From the NCBI GenBank assembly GCA_000002445.1, contig CM000207.1:256001-320000 (forward strand): 64,000 bases of DNA. The letters run 5' to 3'. The translations under genes and the position numbers were made by a program. Below the pieces are notes generated by a model. The model did no database searches, was not told where the DNA came from, and saw only the letters and a list, made by a program, of their open reading frames with translations. Numbering within the stretch: position 1 is the first letter of the stretch; the number at the start of each line of letters is the position of its first letter. This document shows positions 23,011-35,118 of this stretch, piece by piece. The stretch is from Trypanosoma brucei. Lineage: Eukaryota.

Positions 23011-24452
23011 ATGAACGCTAAAAACTTCAAAAAGGGCAAAGTAACTCTAGTGCCACTGCGCGCACTGCCAACAGTAGCGGCTCTGATTTTATTACCGATA
23101 GCTTACGCTGCTATAGACACAGCGGCCAAAGCGGCACAGGACCACTGCACAGCGGCAACGCAAGCACGAACACTAGCAGGTCAAATGGCAATCACGATAA
23201 AAGAAGCAGCAGTTTCCGCAGCGGAAGCCGTCAAAAAGGCAGCCCAGATGCGTATCATGGCCGCAAATGGCGACCCAGCCGTCTCAGCTGCACTTCGAAC
23301 ACGAGCCGCCGCAGCCAGTCGGTATGCGGCACAGATAACGTCGGAGATCGCAGCAACGGCCGAAAAAATAACAGGAGGCATAGCAGCTGTAGAACACCTA
23401 GCAGCGACATCAGAGGCCATATCTGTTCTCTCGGCGCTGAACCTGGCCGACATAGACCCGAAGAACGTAAGCAGCTATACTGGTAGCGGAGCAAACAAAC
23501 TAAATTTTACACTACAAAACGACCACGGGGCTTGCTACACAGACGCCACAAATCGCAAAGCTGCCGATGAAGGCACAACCAAAGGAGAAGAGGACACGGA
23601 CCAAATCAGTATTGGCATCGTAAAGCTAACAGCAGTTGGGGAACAGGGAGGGGATCCGCTTTCTGTGTGTGCGACAAGCGGAGGATCAACAATAACAGCG
23701 GGTGGAACGTGAGAAACAACCGGAACAAACACTGGGATCAAATGCGGAACGCCACTAAAGAACGAGACCGCGACCGCCAAAATAGCAGATACAAACGGGA
23801 TCTTTAAGTGCGACACAACAGCCCTGGAAAGCAGCAAATTCCCAAGCAAAACAGAACTAGAGAGAACGCTTCAGGCAGTCGCCAGCGGCCTAGACGCTGC
23901 CAGACAATTGCAACGGCGAACACAAATGCACAAGTGGCTCAGCATAGAAGGCTTCACCCACGATGATACGGCACTAGCCAAAATACTGAAAGGAGAGGAA
24001 GCCAAGCCTGACGCCATCGATACTAAGCTACTAGTTGATGCGATAAAGCAACAACTATACGGAAAAGACAACAGCAAATTAAAAGACAAACTAGAAAATG
24101 GCCTCAAAACTTCAAACCATGGAAAGCAGCAATCGGAGATGAAAGCAAAACCCTTGATTCAATAAACGACCCTGACGAGCTCTACAAGGCAGAAACATAT
24201 TATGCTCTCAAAAGATTCGTCGACGAAGAGGAAGAAAAAAAGAAAAACCAAGCGAGTCCCTCATGTCCCACCAAAACAGAAAAAGCGTCAGAACCAGCCA
24301 AAAAAGCAGACGAATGCAAAAAGCATACAACAGAGAAACCCTGCAAGGATGAAAAAGGTTGTGATTTTGATGATAAACAGCCTGATGGTGAAAGATGCTT
24401 TCCAAAAACTGAAACAGAAAAGAAGATGAAAAGTCATTTTCTAGCAATTTGA
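23011..24452 (+). pseudogene. VSG: VSG pseudogene (VSG7) with an in-frame TGA at 23710-23712, a second in-frame stop at 24163-24165, and the CTD in another frame
   Basis: MNAKNFKKGKVTLVPLRALPTVAALILLPIAYAAIDTAAKAAQ... continues in the same frame after GGT*ETTGTNTGIKCGT.... The CTD ...CPTKTEKASEPAKKADECKKHTTEKPCKDEKGCDFDDKQPDGERCFPKTETEKKMKSHFLAI* is in a different frame. 16-mer ttgttatattttaacac at ~24576. Confidence 0.75.
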
Positions 24453-24744
24453 GAGTTTTTGTTCCTCAGGTATTTGCTGCACTTATTTTAGTAATTTTTT
24501 GAGATTTCTTGCTTAATTTTATGAAATTTATAAAACTTGCTGTTTTTACGAGAAATTTATTAAATTTTCTAAATTTTGTTATATTTTAACACTTTTTGAT
24601 GAAAATGTGCAAATTAGTAAATGTTTTTAAAATTTTTGAAAACTATGAATAATAGTGGCCCATTGTTCAAAATAGTATGATAATATGGTATGAAACATGA
24701 TTGTTATTTAAAAAAAATTCAAATATGTTTGTATAATATTTAGG

Positions 24745-24835
24745 GTTATAAAAGAAAAAATAATTGAAATGAAAGGAAAATGTAGTAAGTGTGTATATAC
24801 TAATATTAAAATAAGAGTAGTAATGGAAATGATTA
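24745..24835 (+). repeat. Partial or divergent 70-bp repeat
   Basis: ttagggttataaaagaaaaaataattgaaatgaaaggaaaatgtagtaagtgtgtatatactaatattaaaataagagtagtaatggaaatgattac. Confidence 0.6.
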
Positions 24836-26175
24836 CTAACAGCCCAACAGAAGCAAATTAAACAATTATGTTGTCGTTTTTGAAGTAAAAGGCGAAGAAA
24901 GTATAATCCAGAGAAAAGCAATAAAAAGTGATGGAAGAAAATGAAGAGAGGAAACAGATTACATGCAGTGTGAATGACAGATCCAACGAAAAAATAATTT
25001 TTGTATGGAAGAAGCTCTAGAGAGACAGCATGAACACAGAGAGTCTATTGACCGCGAAAATGATCTTGCTTTATCATAGTCAGCAATAGAAGAACCATAT
25101 GCTTTTTACTAAAACAGTAGGCGGAACTACCACCAAAAGAATAAAACAGCACAATGGGGACACGACAAAGGATTTTTACGAGGAAAAATACCAGAAATAG
25201 TACACGAATACTACTATTTTGTTATAAGATCCAAATAATAACAGCGTTCAAAACAGGATTCATGTAGAATTGTTTTCAGATGGCAAGTTAGCGGTCAGTC
25301 TTAGCTGAGAAAAAGAAGCAGGGAAGGTGCGACCTGGGGCCAAATTACCCAGTCTTAAATGGTGACAAAATGCAGTCACGCAAAATGAAGGAAAGAAAAG
25401 AGAAACCATGCACGTGAAAAGAAGCAGCGCTATCGTGCAATTCCAAGTAATAGCGAGGCCCACAGATTATTCAGCTGCCATACCGCAGTAAACATCATAA
25501 ATCTTAAATTTCTAGATACGAATACTGAACAAGGAATTTTGGAATTACAAAGTGGAAAAATTGTGGTTTAACAGTGCGATTTCTTTGCAGACGTTTAAGA
25601 AAAACGAAACGAAAAGTTGCACCTAGCAAAGCTTCCTGTGGAAAGTTTACAGATGCGCAAGTAAAGAAAAGAAAAGTAGAGTTTAAAAGAAGTAAAGAAC
25701 AGACAACAAAGAGGATCAAAGCAAGCCGATCAATTTGCCTAATGATAATCTCGCTTATAGAGGAAAAAGAACTGTTCTGATGGGTAAAAGTAGCCACAAT
25801 GTCAGTGTTTGCTGTGGAAAGAGCAAAGGAAGTTATAAAAGACACAAAAGGACCGACACCAGAGGTTAGAGACACCACCAACAACTTACCAGGCAACACA
25901 AGTCGCTAGATGAAGGTTATGTGCCACGTACCAGTGAACGACACCGACAGAAAAGCGCCGCAACGTCAGCCCTCCACCCAACTTAACAGCAACATGCAGG
26001 TGCTAATACACTATTGAGTAGCCTTTTTCATTTTTTGTAATTATAAAAAATCGAAGATCTTTTTAAAGACCGCAGCAGAAGATTTGAAACTTAGGTAACA
26101 GGCTGAAATAAGGTCTAGGGGTCCCATGAGTAGCCGAAAAGCCAACGGGCCAACTGAAAGCCTTAGGGTCATAAG

Positions 26176-27640
26176 ATGAAACAAGTAAGCCTGCCGTGCG
26201 TTGTGGCAGTAGCCGTATCACTTCTAACCAGCACGACAAATTACGCAACAGCAGATCAAAAAGACAAGTCCATATAGGAAGCCGAACTGGAGGTCATATA
26301 CGTTTGCACGGAGGCAACGTAGGCACAAGTTTTGATAAACGAACTAAAGCAGTGGTCTGAGAGGGAAAGTTCAGACACTGACACCAAAAACCAAGGAGCA
26401 CAGCTGTTCGCGCTCGCTGTCATATGCTACGCTACTACACCCAAAAGACTGGGTTACAGGGCCCTAGCAACGCTCGCTATGGTGGAGGTCGCAGCAGCCG
26501 CGGCGGATTTCGAAGCAAAAACGGGCCAGTCGTCGCTGCGATGCTAAAACTGCAAGCGTGGACAGCGGAGCTCGCTGCACTCAGTTTAGAAACAGACTCA
26601 GCCCACGGAAAGGCAGGAAACCCTCAGTGGGTGCAAAAATCCGTAGGCCTAACGACGAGCGAAACACAACAGACACGTACACTCACCATAACAGCCACCA
26701 GAGAAACCGAAAAAACGTGCGAGCACACTCCACAAACACTCGCCAAGATACAAGCCGTCTGCGCTGAACTCACAGAACCCAAGGCGCTGAAGCTACGCGG
26801 CCTAAGTGCACTAAAGGCCAAAAAAATAACGGCGGAAGTAGAAATCAAAGGAACCATATCAGGCGCAGTTGCACTCGTAGTGCGAGCAGACTGGCACGGC
26901 TGCGCAAAAAACGGAGAAGGCACGGCTACCGCCAGCGGCATCAACGTTTTCGGGATCAAAACCACAAACGCCGTTAATTAAATTTAGTTCCCGCACAATC
27001 GACCTAGCGAAATACGGGCCGGGGACGGACGCAACAGGAAAAAGCGCCAACAATTTTGTGCTACTAACAACTGATGAAGAGCTTTAAACAGCTTTCAAAG
27101 TGGCCAAAGCAAGCAAGCCGATGCAAATGTGGCAAATAAAGAACAGGTAACTAGACGACATGGCAAGCAGCACGGCAATACAGGATTTCGCGCAATATAG
27201 CCTCGAAGAAGAAGTAAATAAGGCAGAGAGCAAGGAAGATCTCACAAAAGAAGCTAAACAACTTTTCGGCTGTCCACAATGAACATAAAAAAAAGTGTTC
27301 AGAGAACAACTAAGCAAGGACACGATATCAATAGGTAGTGGTGATAGCAAAATAACAGGAACGACGGAGGAACAAAGAAAAAACTACTTTGCGCAAGCCA
27401 TTGCTCACGTTTATACACAAAACTGCAAAACGTGACGTTACCCACAACGATTACAAAGAATGATGGAGGAAGAGAAACAGATGAAACAGACCAAACAGGA
27501 AAAAGGAAAGAAGGGGATAATACTGATAAACCTGTGTGTAGCATCCTTCTAAACCAAACAACTTGTGGAAAAAGATTGCAAATGGGAAGATAAAATTGCA
27601 GAGACTCTAGTTTTCTTTCAAATAAGATATTTTCTCTGAT
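26176..27640 (+). pseudogene. VSG: Highly degenerate VSG pseudogene (VSG8)
   Basis: MKQVSLPCVVAVAVSLLTSTTNYATA signal peptide at 26176; VSG-like ORF 26424-26981; then multiple frames with ...EKDCKWEDKIAETLVFFQIRYF... and a terminal ...SSFLSNKIFSLIFF GPI-like tail. 16-mer-like gagattttaacac at ~27710. Confidence 0.65.
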
Positions 27641-27879
27641 TTTTTTTGCATTTATAAGTTTGGTTTCATTTTAGTAACTTTTTAAAAATTGCTATTTTAA
27701 GAGAATATGAGAGATTTTAACACTTATCGTCAAACATTTTAAAAAATATGAAAATTAGATAATTAAAAATACATACATATTCGTATTACTTTGGCCTATG
27801 AGTGTAAAGCAGTAAGGTGATACGGTATAGCGCTCTTTTTTTGTTATATTTTGTTTAGTTGGTTAGTTATGTTTTTGTA

Positions 27880-27985
27880 TGGATATAATTTATGGTGATA
27901 ATGATATTATAATGACAGTGGTAATAATAATAATGATAGCAATAGAGAGTGTTGTGTGTATATACTAATTATATAATAGTGGTTG
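27880..27985 (+). repeat. 70-bp repeat (about 1.5 units)
   Basis: ggtgataatgatattataatgacagtggtaataataataatgatagcaatagagagtgttgtgtgtatatactaattatataatag. Confidence 0.8.
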
Positions 27986-29866
27986 GCAGAACGACTGGAA
28001 ACATAATGTAAACCCACTTAAAACAGTGGAAATGATTTAATGGGATTAAATGAATGGGAGAGAAGAGGGTATATTATTATTAAAAGAAGTAGAGAAAGAC
28101 AAAGAGATAAAATAAGATAAAATATGCTCCAACTCAAACATAAAGATGACTATGGCCGACATTATACATAAGTAAGTGGTTTCGATGACAATCATTTTAA
28201 AAAAAGTCTAGTGTATAGAAAAAATGCAGCAAAAATATTATATCAAGAAGCAGCATCTCTTCACGAAAGGAAAGAAATCGAAATATGGAATGAAACAGCG
28301 GAATAAAAAACAAAACAGAACAGCACGGAAGGAAAAAATAGAAAAGGAGATCCTGTGCCACGTCTCACTTACAAATAAATAGATGCAACCGGTAAGATAG
28401 TTTGTGACTGTAGTTTTTAACATGGTGGTGGACACTAATATCCATCTGTGAAGAATAAGAAGAATCATAACTATGAGTAGGAGGAAAGGATTTTGTAAGT
28501 CTGAAGTGAAGAACTATCATGTTATTAGGTGAAGAAGCTCTAAAATTAGTGGGAGATACTATACTATTATTTTGAAGAGTATTTCTAAACTAGGTCAACT
28601 AATGAATTGCTTTGGAATAAAAAAGAACAAATACGCAGGAGCTGTGTAACATATAACATATATGAATCAATAGAAGACCTCTATGATTTAGAGACAATTA
28701 CAAGTAACACTTCCCCGCTTACCTTTTGGTGCGAGGGGCAGCTGCTAACACCATTAAGGGCCGAATAAGTTTTATGAAAGTCGGCGGTAACCCGCAGGTA
28801 ACGACCACTTATTAATAGAGAAGAACCAGAAATGAAGATAGTTCTGGACCCGAATTATTCAGTCTTAATAGACAGCAAATTACAGTAACACTGAATGCAT
28901 GAGGGACGACACTCAGTCGTGTTAGGGAGAAGAAACAGCAGTACTTGTTTTTTTCTCCAGAATGTAGTATAAAATTATCAATAAATAAAGCATATTAGAA
29001 CCCTAAGATTTTAATTTTTAGGCATAATAAAATAGTAGTATTTTAAAAGATAAAAGGGGTAAATTAAGACAGTTAAAATATAAAAAATATATAGACACAG
29101 GACAAACTAAGTTGGAACTTAAAGTGGAAACTTTTTAACCTAACTGCGTACTTTTTTTAAAAAAGTTTAATAAGAAAAATAGGCTGAAGAAATTACACCG
29201 AGCGTAAAATAAAACTGGTAGCAAAGCATGACAGCAGAATAACAAATTATCCGATTTTAATAATGTAAAATAAGATGTAGTGACAAAACATAACAGATAT
29301 ATATATGTATATATTTCGGGGATTTCATTCTTAGAAGCTGTCAATGCCTAATGAATCTACAAACAAGATTACCACGGCCTCCAAAGCAATACTAAACAAT
29401 AGCCTAACAGCGCTAAAGGAGTCCAAAACAAAAAACTAAGCACACCACCCGCATGGTTCTAAAGAAATACTTTCGTTAAGTGTGGAAGTGGAAAAGTTTG
29501 CTCGTTTGCAGCAGAGAAAACAGACAACGTTCTTCTGCTGCATATAGAGCCGACCACCAGCAACTTTGCAGTTCACTTCACTTCTATTTGATTGATCCTT
29601 CATGAAAAACTATGTTTTTACCAACAGAACTAAAGAGCGAGCATAAACGCTGGCTATGACGAGAAGCGTCACCTGTAAATGCGCAAAGTATACTTTTGGT
29701 GGTCCAACAAAAGCATGCCGAAGCTTCCGATGATAGCGACCGCAAACACCCCACTGTTTGCGATAAAATTAACACGGTGCAGAATTCACTAACAGGTATA
29801 TTATTTACTGACAAACACTAGCAACGCTTTCTTTGAGTTTACTCCAACAAGAAAGTAGCTTAAGAC

Positions 29867-31386
29867 ATGATTAATTTCATACTGGCGCTAGCGTTGTTGT
29901 TACGCAGCAGTACGTTTCGAGCCGATGGAGCTGCAACAGCCGGCCTCAACGCTGCAGAGTTCGCAACATTGTGTGTCCTTGAAAGACAATCATCAGGAAA
30001 GCTGAGCGAAGTATATCCAAAAATAACGGTTCCCAGCACAAGCATCGACGAAATGAAAGAAATTGCAGCGGCAACGACAAATGCGAAAAATATCACTAGC
30101 GTACCTGCAGCCGACATCGCGGAAAAGGCTTCCGGCGCGAAAACCTCATTCAGACAAGAAACAAACAAAAAAGAGGAGTGCAAAGAACACTGGGGAAAAT
30201 GGCGCGCAGTCAAAAAAGCGGCGAAGAAAACCCAAAGACCAAGGTTCAAGCCACTGTCTGACGCCCGACGGCACAACCAAGCAGCAGCAGGCTTCATCGC
30301 AGCTCTACACGAACTCGAAGACCAGGCAACGACATTCTATGAGCAGCTACTGCAGCAAGCGGCAGGCGGAGCAAACCCCGAAAAATCTCCAGCAGCAACA
30401 AAGCTAACTAACGCCAAGTATGGAGAAAGCAAAACAAAAGTACAAAGCGCGCCGGTAACTGGCCATGGCGGCTGCAGCAACAGAGGCAACGGCTGCAAAA
30501 GCCCAAATACAGGTACGAGTTTAGTACACAACTTCTTTTGTTTGTGTGTAACTGACACAACTAGCTCGGGAAGCAAAACATGTGGTTTCGCGGTTGCTAA
30601 CTGCGGCAGCGGCGCCTGGGAAGCCTGCAACGAGCAGAGCAAGACAGCAGCGTGGGCAACACTAGAAAGCAAATGCAAGGAAATATATAAAGGCAAAACG
30701 ACAGCACAGCACATAAGGGCTGGACTAGCGGCATTCACAGGACGGCTACAAAGGGATGCAAGCGCCGACATCGGCACCAACGCTGCGGAATTCCAAGGAC
30801 AAAGTCAAACGCAAGCCTGCAGAGCACCCGCAACAAAGGTTTGCTTAGACTAAAGCGCCTCATTCAAAGACACGACTCGGGCGGCCGGAATATACTGGTA
30901 CAAACAACTGGATGCAGGCCGCAGACAACCTCGACACGCTCGCAGATGAACAAGCAGACCTCAAAAACAGAATAAGAGGTTTAGATAGTCTTAACATTCA
31001 AGCCAGCCAGCTGTACAAGCTGATCGCGGCTGCACCAACAGTAACGGCAGTAGCGAGCTCAGAAAGCACCAATTCATAAAACGCCAACACCGAGGATAAA
31101 CAAAAAGCATGTGAAAATATTAAAAAAATAACTGAGTGCAAAAATAACAGGGGATGCAAATGGAATAGCACTGAAAAGAGTGAAGGAGACTTCTGCAAAG
31201 CTAAAGAGGTGGAAGGAAAGACAATTCAAGAAACATATGGGCTGCATGAGCCACAAAGGAAAATGTAAAGGGAAATCGGAGAAAGATTGCAAATCTCCGG
31301 ATTGTAAGCGGAAAGGAAAAGAGTAGAAAGACTCGAGTTTTCTTGTAAATAATAAATCGGCTCCGAGTACAGCTGCTGCTTTTTAG
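29867..31386 (+). pseudogene. VSG: VSG pseudogene (VSG9): N-terminal domain intact (328-aa ORF), C-terminal half frameshifted several times
   Basis: MINFILALALLLRSSTFRADGAATAGLNAAEFATLCV... up to 30853, then CTD pieces across frames (...CENIKKITECKNNRGCKWNSTEK...), ending ...DSSFLVNNKSAPSTAAAF* at 31386. 16-mer aatataatatattttaacac at ~31467. Confidence 0.8.
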
Positions 31387-31644
31387 AGTTCGATATTTCA
31401 ATGATTCTTATATTTTAAGGATATTTTACTTATATAATATTTATGAAAATTGTACATCGACAAAATATAATATATTTTAACACATTTTAAAACTTTTTCA
31501 GAATGTGCCATTTTTTTGGAAAACTCAAAATTATGATATATTGATATAATGTTGATCTATGTGTCTAACTTAATAAGATATTATGGTATAAAAAATGAGT
31601 TCTATTATGAAACTTTGTTATCTTGCTTTATTTATTTTATCTTA

Positions 31645-31740
31645 CGGATATTAGTTTCAGTCATGAAAATAACAGTATAGTAATAATAATAAGACAGTGT
31701 TGAGAGTGTGTATATACTGATATTATAATGAAAGTGTTGG
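31645..31740 (+). repeat. 70-bp repeat (about 1 unit)
   Basis: gtcatgaaaataacagtatagtaataataataagacagtgttgagagtgtgtatatactgatattataatgaaagtg. Confidence 0.8.
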
Positions 31741-32805
31741 TGAATACCAAGTGGAAAATTAAAATAGAAGCATTTAAAAGAAATGTAAGGGTGCAGCGTG
31801 AGTAGGAGATTAAGGGAGTGGCAGAGAGCGTGAAATACTATTGAAAAAACACACAAGACAAAGAGAAAGAGAGAAGGAGATAGAATATGCGTATTTTCAC
31901 ACGCGTATATCACTATCATCATGGATAAAATCATGCACATAAACAGATGATTAAATGGACAATGAGAAAGAAATAGGTCTCATTTTACAGATAAAATAAA
32001 GTTTCTACGCCATCTTCAGAAAAAAGGTATTGTACTAAAAAAGGAAAGGAAATACAGAGTGAATAATTTGTGTACTAAACACCACAGCACAGGGAAAACG
32101 ATACGTGAGGCGGATGAGGAGGAGACTTTTTAACGTATTTACTAAAAAAGATATATGAAACACAGAAGATGGATGCGACTGTTGATTTAAATGTTATGCT
32201 TAATCTTAATGCACATCTGTGAAGAGACAGTGGAAGAAATGTAAGTGAGAATTTGAGTAATTATGAAGTAATATTAAAGTTTTCTTCTTTCAGGTATTGT
32301 AATAAGAGATAACATTTGTGGAAAACAATATAATATTTTCTGGCAGAGTATTTTTAAACTAGGTCTTATAATGCATCACTGTAGACATAAAAAAGTAAAA
32401 AAGTCGGATAATGATGATAATAAAGCATTCTTGTGTACAGTTAGTGGGACTTTGTGAGGTAGAAATTTTTGTGACGGTGCGCCCCCAATTCCATATTGGT
32501 TTAAAGTTAATAAACTTAATGTATTCAAACAGCGTATAATTAATATAAGAGTTATCTTTCGCGCGGCTCCAATGGCTCGCGTTGGAGACGCTCAGGCGGA
32601 GACATTGCAATTGATAATTCCAAATTAGTGAGTCGCAAATGGCAGAATCCCAAAGCGGAGCAAGATGGCAACAAACAGGAATAAGACAGGAACAAAAGGT
32701 CAATTACGTCCACTAGTAAACCACGCTACCTTTTTATTTTGAGTCAAACAGAAGCGCCAAAATCAACATGAGACAGACCCGTTAAAGTAAATAAATCTTA
32801 TGCGT

Positions 32806-32838
<33 letters not shown>
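32806..32838. repeat. (AT)n dinucleotide microsatellite, about 16 units
   Basis: acatatatatatatatatatatatatatatattt read directly at 32803-32840. Confidence 0.9.
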
Positions 32839-32841
<3 letters not shown>

Positions 32842-33337
32842 GAATGATGCATGTTATATTTAAAAATTGAGATTCTTTGCCATAATTTCGTGTTTGGTAC
32901 AGACATAACAGAAACAGAAACTAAAAAAGCTGATCAACCTTTTATTCCAGCACCAGAAACCATCCATGTATATGCAAAACCAGTCTAATTAGAGCGAATG
33001 AAAAACAGAAAAAGAACCGGCGCACGCGTCAACCCATGAACAAACGCACACATACTCGATGTTGGACGCAAGATAACGGCGATCAGCACCATCTTGAGAG
33101 ATCAAACAGTTTTTAAACACTTCCCAACACTTGCCATCTAGAAGGACATTCAAGTTCCGAAAATGGGTAAAATATACTCCCGCTTGTGTTGCTACTGGTA
33201 TAATCACCCGTAAAAGCTCATGATTTATAGGAGCCTGTTCAAAAACAGTTTTTTCTGCTGCAAGGCACGCATAAGCCACAACCACGACTATATAAAACAA
33301 GATAGATAAAGAAAAAAGAATAAAGAATCACTCTTCA

Positions 33338-33830
33338 ATGAACTGTTTCAGCGTGATTCTGACAGAAGCAGCAATAATTTATACCGCGATAGCGTTCGCT
33401 AGAGGCCAACCAGACAACACCAACACTATAGGAAACACGGCAACTACATGGTGCGATGACTTGCACTACACTGAGGCGCTAATGAAAGACTTGAGAGACG
33501 AAGCAGAACAACGGCTAACGGTTCTGACGCACGACAACGATATGCTACAAGCCTGGACCATTTCTTTCTACAACGCAAAAGTGGAAACGGAAAAAAGGTG
33601 GTTCGCCTTTTTGCTTTCCTACGGCATGCCAGTTGCAGGAGACAACAGAAAAAACTACAACAACTTCAAATCGCAATCAACGAAGACAGTGTAACACGTA
33701 ACAGCGAAAGCGCATTACTTACGGCAGGCGGAAACGGTAGCGACACATGGGCAACCTGCGTTTGGCACGACAGCACAGACAAGCTGAAACTCAAACACCA
33801 ACCCACAATAATTTAGCTACGAAAGGTCTT
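33338..33830 (+). pseudogene. VSG: VSG N-terminal fragment with its own signal peptide, immediately upstream of VSG10
   Basis: ORF 33338-33694: MNCFSVILTEAAIIYTAIAFARGQPDNTNTIGNTATTWCDDLHYTEALMKDLRDEAEQRL... (signal peptide plus the start of an N-terminal domain), then a frame change to ...TAGGNGSDTWATCVWHDSTDKLKLKHQPTII*. Confidence 0.55.
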
Positions 33831-33833
33831 AAA

Positions 33834-35118
33834 TGACTTTATTTAGCAGAAGAATTTCTACTTTTACCGGCGTAATTGCGGCGCTGATCCTGATCTTTCA
33901 GGGAGCACAAGCTAGCACCGGAAACGAAGTGACCAAATAGAACACACCGTGCGACTCTGCTCATTACCTAATCAAACTCGCTGCGGAAGCTGACTCAAAA
34001 CTGCGGGACTTGTTGGAAAAAGCGGCAGAAGCACAGGATGAACAGCAAACAATTGATCTATACTCGGCGACAGCTGATGTGGGAGCAAACAGACCAGCCC
34101 TGGCCTGGCTGCTAGATAACGCATCACGCCGCGTGGCGACGTTAGCGAAGGAAGCTGTAACATGCAGGAAAGCAGTAGCAGAGCTCACAAGAACACTCCA
34201 CATCGAAGCGGGACGCAAATGGCTACTAGCAGATGCCACACAGATCAGCTCCAAAACGGGAACGGAAACAGCGATGTCAACAACAGCCAGCGGTGACTCG
34301 GTCGCAGCGCATCTCAAGCTCGACAAGCTAACTGACAAAACATGTGCCCAAGCATACTCAAAGCAAGCCGGCGACACCAAGAATGACCCAGTCGTTGTGG
34401 CCCTGGAGCAAATCAAAGTGCACAAGCTCGAAGGCAAAGACGCCGCCGAAACCACAAACAACGTCTGCAAAGTCTCATTTGACGGTGCCGAGTGCAGCAC
34501 CGACCCAAACAACATCAAAGTTTCAACGGCAACAACGGCACTTTTCAAAGCCACAGAACATACTCAAGTAACGGTCAAACCAGGCGGCAGCAAAAACGCG
34601 CGAGACGACAGTCCCCAAGGGCTAAAGAAAGAATTGGAAGAACACGCAAAAAATTTATAATACCGGCTCTACAACTTTCTAAAAAACAAACCATGCGACA
34701 CAGATATGGCCTCCATCCGTAACATGGAACTTGTACAAAACGATGAATGTTTTAGGAAAGCAGTTCTGATAGAGTTACAAGGCCTGAATCCAAATATGAT
34801 GCAGGCAATGATTCACAATCCAAAGCCACAACAAGCGGCATAAAAAGCATGTTCGGCGATAGTGAGACAGAATTCAATGCTAAGATATGGGAGAAGGTGA
34901 AGGCGAACACAGTAAAACAAAAAATAGTCGGAAAAGACATTGAAAGCAAAATCGAACAACTTTCTACCGACACCAACAGAGGACTAGTTCTAGCGTACTA
35001 TGCCTCTCAAAGGAAAAACAAGCCAACATGTGACACAGAGGCCTCCACACAAAAATCACAACAATGCGTAAGCCACAAAACACCAGAACACTGTCAAAAA
35101 GAAGGCTGTTATTTTGAT
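33834..35118 (+). pseudogene. VSG: VSG pseudogene (VSG10), 5' part, interrupted at 35118/35119 by the ingi insertion. The remainder is at 40386-40535.
   Basis: Second signal peptide MTLFSRRISTFTGVIAALILIFQGAQASTGNEVTK at 33834, then an in-frame stop; VSG body ORF 34010-34660; CTD ...CDTEASTQKSQQCVSHKTPEHCQKEGCYFD read up to the TSD tgttattttgat (35107-35118). Confidence 0.75.
35107..35118. repeat. 12-bp target-site duplication (3' side of the minus-strand ingi)
   Basis: tgttattttgat at 35107-35118 is identical to 40374-40385; it is followed by T7 (poly(A) of the minus-strand element). Confidence 0.85.
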
